NCBI GenBank assembly: GCA_026936335.1
Contig: JAPMXV010000046.1
Span: forward strand, 186,001-250,000
DNA: 64,000 nucleotides
Direction of reading: 5' to 3'
Origin: Mantamonas sphyraenae STR306
Taxonomy: Eukaryota > Protista > CRuMs
In this document: positions 35,760-46,700 of the stretch, in pieces
Layout: every line of letters begins with the position of its first letter
Numbering within the stretch: the stretch's first letter is position 1
Notes under the pieces: generated by a model
Seen by the model: the letters and a program-made list of their open reading frames with translations, nothing else
The model's database searches: none
What the model was told of the DNA's origin: nothing
Position numbers and translations under genes: made by a program

Positions 35760-36008
35760 GGTGGACGGGCAAAACGCGTCGTGCAGTTTTGGCTCGGCAG
35801 GCGTTGTCCCACAGTTCAGTTTCAAAGGTGCACAAGGCGACAAAACGATGCACAGCGGACGCAGAGAGTAAAAAGCGCAAGGGGGGAGGTTGTCTATTCA
35901 TCGAGTATCAACATGGAGGCCTGGAGGGAGGGGAAGAAGGGACCAGGAATTGCCCCACGAGGGATCAGCTCGCTTCAGGGCGTCCTGACTGCGTTTGCAA
36001 GGGCAGAC

Positions 36009-36356
36009 TCAAAACAGTGTGGACTTTTGCGGAACCTTGCGTACAGAGAGGACGCCAAATTCGATGAACTTCATGTCGGCTGCGGTAAGGTGGTCACTGC
36101 TGGAGCTAAGGGGGTTGCCGGCATCAGCCAGCTCAACTTCGTCGACGTGCCAGCCTGTCATGTCAGCCACGCGGTTTTTGATGTCCATCATGGTGTCGAA
36201 GGAGTGGACGGTGAAGAGGCAGCGCCCAGAGGGCATGCGCAGCACGAGGGGAAATTTGTCCACGGAATCCATGGTTTCGTGCTCTCCCATGAGAACGGTC
36301 TCTTCCATTTTAATGTCAGCCTCCACGTTTTCTTCGTTGTTGAAGGGCGTGGACAT
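36009..36356 (-). CDS. Small protein with possible ubiquitin-like fold
   Basis: LVLRMPSGRCLFTVHSFDTMMDIKNRVADMTGWHVDEVEL..G.PL resembles a beta-grasp pattern. The 3' end may splice (GT ~36035) to a short last exon near 35987-35964. Confidence 0.5.
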   Translation of the reverse strand: MSTPFNNEENVEADIKMEETVLMGEHETMDSVDKFPLVLRMPSGRCLFTVHSFDTMMDIKNRVADMTGWHVDEVELADAGNPLSSSSDHLTAADMKFIEFGVLSVRKVPQKSTLF

Positions 36357-36602
36357 GGAGGTGAGGTGAGGTGGTGGGTGGGTGGGGTGCTGGGGAAGTT
36401 TTGGTTGGCGAAGGAGGCGGAACGCAGCTTGACTCAGATGATTGAGGCTGGTGACATGCAGGCGTATGAGCCCACTGCTCTGTGGAGCACACTCCCCGAC
36501 GAGCTGTTTTCGCGCGTGATGCACTGGATGGCCACTCTGTGATCCCATGCAATGTACAATCCTCATGCCTGCATTCATAAACCCCTTCTCCCTCTCAACT
36601 CA

Positions 36603-37127
36603 TCACGCAGACACCTTCTTCGTCTTGACCCCCAGCACGACATCCTTGCCCATCACCCGCATCACCTGCACATACACTTCCCTCGCCTCCTCCATGCTCG
36701 ACCCCTCCGCCTTCTCCATGCTCTCTTCAATCTCCATCGCCAGCTGCTCGTCCTCGGGCATCGCCACGTCCTCCCGCATCTCTCCGGCCTCATCCAGCAT
36801 TGCCAGATACCCGTCTTGGATGTCCACCACCATGTAGTCTGCCCGCTCCACCACGGGCTCGTCCAGACGGTCGTGGCACGAGAACGCATCCTCCACGCGC
36901 TTCCCGCTCAGCAGACACCGTCCCACCACCGTCATCTTCCTTCCCCCGTGCTTCCCGTTCTGGAACCGCTCCAGCGACGTCACCTGACACGGGTGTGTGC
37001 CCTTCACCATCAGGTACGACCCCACACGCACCTCATTCGCCCCCACCGCTTTCGTCATCGACGTCTCCGCCCCCGTCTCAAACTCCCCTTCGTTCCCAAA
37101 CACTTCCTTGTCATCTTCGTCCCCCAT
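36603..37127 (-). CDS. Divergent eIF5A-family protein, copy 2
   Basis: Translation from ATG 37127 is identical to copy 1 (one synonymous AAG/AAA change noted). Confidence 0.88.
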   Translation of the reverse strand: MGDEDDKEVFGNEGEFETGAETSMTKAVGANEVRVGSYLMVKGTHPCQVTSLERFQNGKHGGRKMTVVGRCLLSGKRVEDAFSCHDRLDEPVVERADYMVVDIQDGYLAMLDEAGEMREDVAMPEDEQLAMEIEESMEKAEGSSMEEAREVYVQVMRVMGKDVVLGVKTKKVSA

Positions 37128-37523
37128 CCTCCTCATTCGTTCTCTCCTGCTCGTGTGGCTGCTCATGCTTCTTCTTGACTCTCGCCTCTCCTGTATGATT
37201 TCTCTTGTCTGTGGCTCGTTGCCCTTGTTGCTGCGTGGTTGTTGTTCTCCCTGCTTCGTTGACTCGTGCTTCTGCTCCTGTTGCTCTGTGTCCAGATCAA
37301 GTAGCCGTGGCCCAATCGCATTCACTTGCTCCACCCTGCGCACTCGCGGCCCGGCCCCTTTTCAACTCTCCCCAGCCACCCTCCTTTCGCCGCCCTGCCG
37401 CCTTCGACGAAACGGGGCCACTCGCTGCAAACCCGCCCATTCCCTGGAACTCGTCCATCCCACCCATCCCATGCCAAAAACATCACCACCAGCCCAAACT
37501 GTGATCCCATCCTCGTCACCACG

Positions 37524-38200
37524 TCACCACGCTGCCTCTTCCTCCTCCACCTCCTCTCCAATCTCCTCCACCCTTGCTTTGCCCTTCCGCCTCCTCCTCC
37601 TCTCCTCTCCGACTTGCTCCACCGTCGCATCCAGCGCCCCGTCCTCCTCCTCCTCTCCACCCGTCCCTCCTGCATACTCCACCTGCAGCATGGTCTCCAC
37701 CTCCTCGTCCGTGGCCGTCTCAAAGAACCGCTGCCGCGCCCTGCTCTGCTCGATCTTGTCCTCCAGCTCCTCTGCACGCACATGCAGTGCCTCCACACCT
37801 GTTATCCGTTGCAACATCGACTCGTCCCGTGCCGCAAGCACCTCATCCACAGCTCCCTCTTCTACATCGATCTCCTGCGCTCTGTGTCAGCTTGATCCCT
37901 CTCCCTCTCCCTTTCCCCCCTCTTCCCTCCCCCTCTTCCCTCCCATCTCTCCCATCCACTCACAAGCACACGCGACCTGCGTAGCCTCTCCTTGGGCGAC
38001 AGGGGCGAAGCGAGGTCTGCGGCGTGAGCCAGGTGCGACACGTCGACGCTCAACAGGCCCTCTGGACACGACTGCACAGAGCTGATGCTAATGCTATAGT
38101 TTGCCAAAGACCATCCTTGCTCCTCCACCCACTGCTGCGCAACGCGGATCCCGATGGCCGCCAGCTCCCGTTGCTGGCCGGTTCCGGTTCCCGCCGACAT
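37524..38200 (-). CDS. Acidic protein of unknown function, copy 2
   Basis: Inverted duplicate of 28833-29530 with the same intron. Differs by an A/V substitution and a 7-aa in-frame indel (EEEGGQDEEEED vs EEEED). Confidence 0.65.
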
Positions 38201-38283
38201 CGCTTTGCCTCACACGGAGCACAACAACAACAACACTCGTGGTCTCGTGGCAAGGGTCAAGCACGCTTTTCTTTTTGCTTCCC

Positions 38284-39888
38284 TCATCTCCCCGTCATCT
38301 CCTTCGTCCACCCTGCTTCAAAAGCATGGGCAACGTCGGCAAGCCGCGCATCCTCAAACTGCCCTGCAAGCAGCTGCACTCCCCGCATGGGTCCTGTGGG
38401 CAGAGAGACAGCTGGCAACCCCGCCAAGTTGGCGAGTACATGCATGGCCACACTGACGTCGTACAGACGCACCGTGTCGTCCTGAGGCGTGTGCAGCGGC
38501 CACGGTTGGGTCACCGCCGACGGCGTCAACATCACATCCACATGCTGTGCAAACTGAGCTCGGAACTGTGCGTGGAGCATGGCACGCAGCCGCATGGCGC
38601 GGTCGTAGTAGCGCGAAAAGCCGCCCCGAGTGAGCACCCACGACCCGGTCAGGATGCGCCGTTGCACAGGGACTCCAAACGCCTCTGTGCGGTTGCGTGC
38701 TGTGATGGAATCCAGCGTGTGAATGGTGTCGTCGTCGCTCAGGGCCGTGTGGCCGTATCGGATGCCGTCGTACCGCGCCAGGTTGGACGACGCCTCTGCC
38801 GGGCTCAGAATAGAATAAATGGACAGGGCGTACTTGATGAGAGGCATGTCGACTGCGTGTACAGACGCACCCAGCGCTTGCACATGCTCCACTGCTCGCT
38901 GCCAGTCCTGGAGCACCTCTGCGTCCAACTCCTTCATGTTTGCCTGCACGGGGACCCCCACACGCACGCCATGCAGTGACCCTTCTGTTGTAACCGCGTC
39001 ATTGTCGTGTGCCCACATGCGATCCACCGATTCACTCAGCGCTGTGTGCACCTGGTCCGCCCGTCCAACCGTCGTCGCGTCTTGCGCGTCGTTGCCCATG
39101 CACACAGCCACCACTGCGGCAGCGTCGGCCACACTGGTTCCCAACGCACCCACTGTGTCCATGCTTGACGCATATGCAATCAGTCCGTGCCGACTCAGCG
39201 TGCCGTACGACGGCTTGAACCCCACAAGCGAGCAGAACGCAGCCGGCATGCGCACAGACCCTCCCGTATCGGAACCCAGTGCTGCACACACCTGGTTGGA
39301 CGCTACAGCTGCGGCACTCCCACCCGAGCTGCCTCCTGGCACCAGCGCCGCTTGCAAAGCCGCGTCGTCGACATGCTCCAACGTCCCGTGCTCCTGCACA
39401 TGCGCCTGCAACGACGGCGACAGGGGATTCAGAACGGCGCCGTGTATGCTTTGGCTGTTGTCGCTGCCCATGCCAAACTCGTCCATGTTGGTCTTTGCCA
39501 GGATGATCGCCCCGCTCTCACGCAGTTTCCGCACTACCGTCGCGTCGTACCCGGCCATAAACTCTCGCAACATGCCCGATCCCGCCGTTGTGCGCATGTG
39601 TGTCGTGCAAAGGTTGTCCTTGATTCCCAGTGGCACACCGTCCAGCCATGACAACGCAGTGCCTGCTGCCCGACGCTTGTCTGCAGCTTCTGCCTCGTCC
39701 AGTGCCCGTTCGCCCTGTTCCACATCCACCAGCGCGTTCAAACACTTGGCGCTCGCCATGTTGTCCAGACACGTCTGCACAAGCTGCACCCTGCTCACCT
39801 CCCTGCGTGCAAACATCTCGCTCCTGGTCACCCTCGCGCCCTCCCAACCAAATCCATCCAAAGACTCGCTCGTTGGTCGCCCATCCAT
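38284..39888 (-). CDS. QRSL1: Glutamyl-tRNA(Gln) amidotransferase subunit A (amidase signature)
   Basis: GVPLGIKDN, TTAGS, KTNMDEFGMGS, PGGSSGGSAAAVAS, GSDTGGSVRMPA, GFKPSYG, EASSNLARYDGIRYG, RRILTG, ANLAGLPAVSLP. Start is either ATG 39888 or ATG 39816. Confidence 0.92.
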   Translation of the reverse strand: MDGRPTSESLDGFGWEGARVTRSEMFARREVSRVQLVQTCLDNMASAKCLNALVDVEQGERALDEAEAADKRRAAGTALSWLDGVPLGIKDNLCTTHMRTTAGSGMLREFMAGYDATVVRKLRESGAIILAKTNMDEFGMGSDNSQSIHGAVLNPLSPSLQAHVQEHGTLEHVDDAALQAALVPGGSSGGSAAAVASNQVCAALGSDTGGSVRMPAAFCSLVGFKPSYGTLSRHGLIAYASSMDTVGALGTSVADAAAVVAVCMGNDAQDATTVGRADQVHTALSESVDRMWAHDNDAVTTEGSLHGVRVGVPVQANMKELDAEVLQDWQRAVEHVQALGASVHAVDMPLIKYALSIYSILSPAEASSNLARYDGIRYGHTALSDDDTIHTLDSITARNRTEAFGVPVQRRILTGSWVLTRGGFSRYYDRAMRLRAMLHAQFRAQFAQHVDVMLTPSAVTQPWPLHTPQDDTVRLYDVSVAMHVLANLAGLPAVSLPTGPMRGVQLLAGQFEDARLADVAHAFEAGWTKEMTGR

Positions 39889-40923
39889 GCGCTCTGCCAC
39901 TACCCTTGTCTTTGCACTGTTCCTTCTCGTTGCTGTGGCCACAGCCACCACGTACGACGTCACCGAAGGTTCTCGCCGTGCCGTTTTCGACGACACAGCA
40001 CCCTTCACCCTGAAGATGGGCCGCGAGAACGACAACACAAACTACGTCCAGTTGCAGTACACCTCCATGCAGGGGGTCACCAAAGACTCCAGCGGCACCG
40101 TGACCGCCACCGGTGCGTTTTAATGAGGAGGCCCACTTGTCCCAGTTGTCCCACCGCGCTACTGACACCTCCACCGCCCCCGCACTCCACAGGAAACACC
40201 CTGGACATCGCCAACAATCTTGTGTCGGGCTCCGTGTCTACATCCACCACAGCAACTCATCACTCGGCCATTGTCCAGACGGTGACCACGGTGGGGAGCT
40301 CCCAAACCGCTGTCCAGCTTGCGTACTACATGGGTCGCACCAACTTCACCTACAACGGCGTCACGATCGAAAACACCAAGCGTTGCGTCACCGAAGGCAC
40401 CGCAGCGCCCACTTGCGGCGCATCCCGCTCCGTGAAACCCGGCCAGCTCAAGTTTGCCATCTACTCCCGCAACTTCCCGTTCCAGGCGGCAAGCACACAT
40501 CTGCGCATCACTGCAACCCTCCGTGCCTTTGGCATGCCCAACACAAAGATTTACTTCAACGGCGACCCCAGCAAGACAACCGTGGCCTCCATGGCCGGCA
40601 TCCAGCTGCACAACATCACCTTTGAGAACGACGCCGTCATCAACGTCTGGAGCTGGGAACAAAAGTTCAACCGCAACGGCGCCACTGTTTTCGGCGATGC
40701 CGTCCTCACCCTCTCCGCTCCGCCCACTAGCGGTCGCAGTGCACAGCTCAACCTCGACTTTCCCCGTGCAGGATGGGATGGCTCGAACCAGTGGATGCTC
40801 TACGATCCGGAGACCACCGTCACCTTCAAGGACGTCAAGACCACCAGCGACGCCGCCTCCCGCGCCATCCATGTCGCTCTCCTTCTCCTCTGCTCTCTCG
40901 CAGCCACCCTGAGCCTCCTGTAA
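39887..40923 (+). CDS. Secreted, probably GPI-anchored or tail-anchored beta-rich surface protein
   Basis: Signal peptide MRSATTLVFALFLLVAVATA, intron ~40113-40192, KFAI..NFPF...LDFP...YDP motifs, and hydrophobic C-terminus (SDAASRAIHVALLLLCSLAATLSLL). Confidence 0.75.
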
Positions 40924-40968
40924 ATCAAGGATATGTGTGCTCTTCGATTCACTGTCATTCACGGTCAT

Positions 40969-41885
40969 TCACAGCAACAACGCACCTCTCGTCTTCCGCA
41001 ACCGCGTCCCAAAGTCTTTCCTCTGGATCCGCCTGCGAGCCTCCATAATATGCACAGGCTGCAGCGGGCCAGGCTCGCCCCACTGCTGCTGGATCAGCTT
41101 GCCCTGCTCGACAATTTCTCCCAGAAACACTTTCGTCACTCCTGCCACCACAATGGCGCTCTTGTCCGTCACCTTGCCACTTGCCACCGCAAGCATATAC
41201 TTCAACACTGCGCTTTTCTTCAGATGTGACCTTCGGAACGCTTCGTATCGCCGCAGCTGCGACTCGCTCATTTGCCTCAGCAGCGCACTCATCTTTTCGT
41301 TCGACAGCTCCCGTGTCGACGGATCGTCAAAGTTCACCTCCTCCTCTTCGTCTTCAGACTACAACACACGCAAACAGAAAGCACACCAGCCACAATGTAC
41401 ACGCACCCGCCCTTTGTGTCAGCGCAAACGCTCACGTTCCACACATCGCCGGAATGCGCCCTCCAGGTGCCTTCCCTCCTGCGCAACTGTGCTCATCCTA
41501 CATCCTCCCACACACACAACCCACCTCTTCGAAGAATTGCTCTTCTGGTGCTGCTCCCTGTGACGCTGTAGCCTCCTCTTTCCCCTTCTTCCTACCCTTG
41601 CTTTTCTGTGCTCCCAGCCCGATTTCGCGTCAGCAAACTTCCCTCGCGCGCCCCTCCTCTTCCCCGCTTCACCAAGCCACAACACCCTCTGTTCCATGCG
41701 CACCACCACATCCCGTTGCCTCCCTCCTCACCCCCTCTCCCTTTGCCACCCACCTTGGAGGTCTTTGCCTTCTTTCCCCCGTTGCCTGCGTCTGCACCCC
41801 AGCTCCCGTCCTCATCCTCATCATCAACAAAGTCATCCTCATCCTCTCGCTTCCTCTTCTTTCCACGAGCCCTCTTTGCAGGCAT
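40969..41885 (-). CDS. TAF11: Transcription initiation factor TFIID subunit 11
   Basis: Histone-fold motifs MSESQLRRYEAFRRS, IVVAGVTKVFLGEIVE and PGPLQPVHIMEARRR. Basic/acidic N-terminal exons from ATG 41885, with two introns. Confidence 0.9.
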
Positions 41886-41947
41886 CGCGCTCTTTACTGT
41901 TCAGCAAACCTTGCCTCCCCTGTCGCCCCTCCCGAGTCACACACAAG

Positions 41948-43627
41948 TCAAACGTTTAGTTGATGATCCTTCGCAAACTGCTCCACAAACGCCTCCATCG
42001 CATCCACATCAATCTGGCTTACGCTGCTCGAGTTCAACATCTCATCCAGCTCCGCCTGCTTTGCCAGCGCCCTCTGAAACGCTCGCTCGCTTGCCAACTC
42101 GTCCCCTTCCTCCACTGCCTCGTCCTCCGCTGCTCGCCTTCCATACGCCTGATCATACCCACCATCTCGTTTCCTGTCCATACTCCCATCTCCGTGCCCG
42201 TCCGTCGTCCGCTTCCCCTTGCCAATCGCGCTCAGCCGCCCGCTCCCGCGATTCTTCTTTTTGGCTTCCCATGCAACCGTCCTCCCCTGCCCCTGCCCTT
42301 GTCCCTGAAGCTGCATCTTTGCATCACGCAACTGCCTCTTCAAGCTTTTGTTCGCCTCGGACAGCGTCAGCAACTTCTCCTCCACCCGTGAAGTGTACTG
42401 TGCCTTTTCCGCGGCCTCCTTCCGTGCCTCTGCCAGTTGCTCCTCCAGCGCGCTCATACGCTTCACTGCTGCCCCGAGATGTTTCCTCTGTTTCGTCACC
42501 ATTCCCGCAAGTTGCCCATTTTCCTGACGAACCTTGTTCATCTGCTCCAATTGCTCCTCCAGCCGCGTGCAGTGACGTGACAGGTTCTTCAGATCTTCCT
42601 CTGCCTTGCGTTGCTTCGATTGTGCCACTTCTGCCTCTGTGCGCAGAAACAGCCGCTCCTTGTGCCCCAGCAGCCCAGCGTCCTCGCTGGTTTCTTCTCC
42701 AGCCCAGTTTTCACCCGATAGCGTCGCTTGGAAACTCTGTTGCGCCACTGTGTCCTTCCACCTCTCTTCTTCCATCATTTCCGCCACCGTCATCGTGTGT
42801 CTCCGTTCAGCGCTCACGCCATGGCGCACCAGCCCGCGCAGTGTCTCGGCGTCTTTTTCCAGCTCCTGTACCTGTGATTGCATCTCTGTGTTTTCCCGTT
42901 TGTACGATTCGTTCTTCTGCAACAGTTGGTGGTTCTGGTGAAGCAGCTCTTGCACAATCTTTGTGCACGTGCGAGTCAAGGCAATCAAACAACCGCTTCG
43001 GCCCGCGCCAAAACCAACGAATCCGTTCTTCTCCCCTTAAACCCCCTCCCCTCCCCCCATGCATCCCATGCACCCCTTCACTCCGCCCCCCCACCCACCC
43101 TCCCTCCCACATAAACACACAAAAGGATATAATAGTTTCTCGCTGCGGCTTCGATATGTATCCGCATTGTCTGCCTCCCGCTCGGCCTCAACCCGTTGTC
43201 GCAGCCGGCTGCTCTTGGCAAGCTGTTTCTGCACCTTGCCCTCGTCCAGCTCCCCTCGCTTCCTTTGCGACCTCTTTTCCTCATCCTCACCTTCCTCACC
43301 CTCTTCTCCCTCCTCGCCTTCGTCCGTCCGACGCCGCCGTGTGCTCTTCTTCACTCGTCGCTTCCCGCCACTCGTCGCCCGCTGCTTGGCCACGCCCGAT
43401 GCCCGTGCACTTCGCCTGCTGCTTGCGCTTGCTTCAGACTTGGCCGACCGTGCGCTCTCCAATCGTCCCTTGTCGTACCGTCGCCCGCTCAACGCCTCAA
43501 TGTCTCGCGTCAAATCGTCCTCGTTCTGCTCCTCCTCCTCATCTGGACGGTCCCCCAAGAAGCCTAGCACCGCCTCTCGTTCCCTTGGGCTCATTTTATC
43601 CAGGTATGACCCGCTCCATGCACTCAT
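41948..43627 (-). CDS. Coiled-coil protein of unknown function (two exons)
   Basis: ORFs 43037-43690 and 41948-42988 can be joined by an intron at ~43140-42960. E/K/Q-rich heptads. Confidence 0.65.
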
Positions 43628-43716
43628 GCTACCGAGGTTTCTGGTTCGTGTTTGGTCGAGCCGCCGCCGCTGCCGCCGCCGCCGTGCCAACCAACCATTC
43701 CACTCATCCTGCAGTC

Positions 43717-46700
43717 ATGCTTGGAACGAAACCAAAGACCCCCACTCGTTCCTTCTATCAGCTGGACGACGCCGCGTCGGTGTCCACAGCTGGTGACTCG
43801 CCCCGAGCCGGTGACGAAACCACCTTCTCCTTTGCCGGCACACACGCACGCAGTGCGTCGGCACAGGCCAACGCACACCAGGCTTCCAGCAGCGCTGCAG
43901 CCAATCTCGACCTCGGCCACTCTGCAGACAACACGGCTTCCCTCGGAGCCCTGTCCGTCTTCCCGGCCGAGCTCGAGTTTGAAGACACCCTCGCCGGCAC
44001 CGTCTACATCAGCAAGATCTACATCCAGAACCTTGGCCGTCACACCACACGCATTCGCTATGCCCCACCTTCCACTCGGTATGTTCTGTGCCTGCTTCCA
44101 TCGCCCGCCTAGCTCGCCCTCTCGCCTTGCAAAACGGGCACGCGTGACCGTTGCACACGCGCCTTTTGCCTCGAGCCCCGCCCCCGCTCACACATGGCCC
44201 CGCATGGGCACACACACCCAACAGATACTTCCAAGTCAACTTTACCCAGAACAAGGTCCTGGCACCGGGCCTCGAATGCGAGATGGAGATCGTCTTTACC
44301 CCCGAAGACAATCGAGACTACCACGACTCCATCACCATCATGACCCCCAACGAGCAGCTCGACGTCCCGCTCCACGCCCTCACCCTCAAGGCCAACGTCC
44401 AACTCGACAGCTTCCTCAACATGGGCGTCGTCACACTGGGCTCTCGCACAGCGCGTACCCTCACCCTCCAGAACACTGGCTCTCTCGCCGCTCGTTTCAC
44501 CGTCCAGTACGACGCCAACGACGTCCCCTTTGTCGTCTCTCCCACCTCGGGCGCCATCAAACCAAACTCGGTTGCCCAGCTCCATGTCGAATTTGTCCCC
44601 GAACAGCTCGGCGTCGAGCGCACCCAGCTCCTGGTCGCCGTCGAAACCGCAAAGAACGACTTTCAGGAGCGCCTTGTCGACCTCACCGCCACCGTTGTCG
44701 AGCAACGCCTCGAGCTCCTTTTCCCCGAGTCTGGTTCGGACGACATGGGCGACGCCCTCGACTTTGGCGACCTGTATTATTGCCAGCAGCGCGCCGTCAA
44801 GGCCACCCTCGTCAACAACGGGCCCCAGGAGAGCTCCTTTGTCATCTCTGTCGACGCAGCTTCCTCCAAATACCAAAAGCGCAACGGTCAACAAACGGGC
44901 AAAAGGATCTTTGCCGTCCAGCCCTTTGAAGGCCGCCTCCAGCCCTACGAAAAGATTGACGTCGAGTTCATCTGCGACACCACCATCTCCAAGACCCAGC
45001 TCGAGCGCCTCGTCCACAAACAGCGCACCTCCCATCACTTTGACGTCTACATGGGCATCCGTGTCGTCGAGACCCAGGAAGTGCTCGACGTCCGCCTGCA
45101 AGCCACCGCACACACGCCGCAGCCAGTCCTTTCCTCCCAGGAGTTCCTCTTTGGCGAATGCGAGTCTGGCAGCGCTTCCGACATGATGTTTTCGCTCAAG
45201 AACAACAGCGCAGACATGGCCATGCCCTTTGCCTTTGGCAAGGTGGCCCACTTCAAGGTGCGGCCTGCCACAGGCAAGCTTCTGCCCATGCAAAGCCAAA
45301 ACATCATCGTCACCTTCCAGCCCAACCAAATGGGCGTGTTTGACAACACCATTGACCTGTCCCTGTGCAAGGGCATCCACAAGCGTCAGCTGTACGTGCG
45401 CGGCTCGTGCTCGGCCCTGGGTTCCAAGAAGAAGCTCATCGGCGGCCCAGAGTACTCCAAGGAGGATTTTCTGCCTACCGTCAACTTTGTGGAGGCCTCC
45501 ACCAGCTACGGTGGCTCGCGTCAGGGCAAGCGCAACTTCAACCGAACGCGTGTGGACGTCGCCGAATACGACCGCACCGACTCCATCCATGCCTTCTCTG
45601 CACAGCAGGAGGATGCCCGGCGCCAGCGCAACGCCCACTACAACACATACGTCCGCCCGCGCAAATCGCAGAACAAGCTGCAACGCCGTCGCCACGTGCC
45701 CAACCACGAAAACGAAGTCGACCTGGGCATCGAACCGGCCTCGGGCCTCGTCTCGCCGCGCCTTGAGCTGCCCGCCTACACCGAAGGGCTGTACCTCGAA
45801 CGGCCCTTGGCAGAGGTCGACACAGAAGGGAGCAGCAGCACCAAGCATAGCGGCACGGCCAAGCCGCGCATGCGCCCTTCGTCGCGACGTGGAAGCACAG
45901 CCGGCGGACGCGCACGCCAGTACGACGACACGCGCATCATTAAGCGCAAGTTCAAAACCAAGCCAGCCAACGCAACCGAAATGCGTGACTGTAAGCAGCA
46001 GTTGTCGCCCAGTGACCTAATGGCCATCAAGAGCGACACCAAGGCCATCGACTTTGGCAACGTCAACGTGTATTCGCACAACGTGCGCTCGCTCATCTTC
46101 AACAACGACCTGCGCACACATGTGCTCATCTCGCTGGACGTCGACGATTCGGAGCTGAGCGAGACGGGCCCAATGGCTCAGGTGGTGCCTCCGGGCGCCA
46201 CTGCCGGCTTTGACATCACCCTCTGTGCTGCCAATCCGGCACGCTTTGTGTCTTCGTTCAAGTACACCATCAACGGCATCCACACGTACTCGGTGGACGT
46301 CAGCGCAAACATCACCCCGATTGCACTGGCCTTTTCCACCTACGATGTCCAGTTCCAGTTTGACGACACCAACCTGCTCGAGGAGGAGATCCGCCAGCAG
46401 TTTACAGCCACCAACGAGGGCAACCACCCGGCCGAGTATCGCTGGCAGCTGCCGTCCCACTGCCCCTTTGGCGTCATCCCCAGCGAGGGTGTCGTCGAGC
46501 CGGGCAAGAGCGTCCTCTTCACCGTGCGCTTCAAGCCCCAGGCACTTGCTGTCAACGACGAGCAGCTTTGCCTGGAGGTGTTTGGTGGCGACGACCACCA
46601 CGTGCGCGCCCACTGCGTGCTCCCAGACACAAAGGTCGTCTTTGTGCAAAAGGGAATCGAATTCGGCTCGCTTCCCGTCGCCGTGCGCTCGCAGACCCAG

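Larger units (their letters stand above)
36442..38293 (-). repeat. Right arm of ~1.87-kb inverted repeat
   Basis: Reverse complement of 28740-30613. Includes an orphan copy of the LRR-gene 3' end (36442-36542) and the GatA stop codon (38284-38286). Confidence 0.97.

Noticed and set aside
28740-38293. Large-TIR transposon (Maverick/Polinton, Mutator-like) or endogenous virus
   Set aside because: No transposase, integrase, polymerase or capsid gene and no target-site duplication. The arms and interior consist of ordinary host genes, including pieces of flanking genes.
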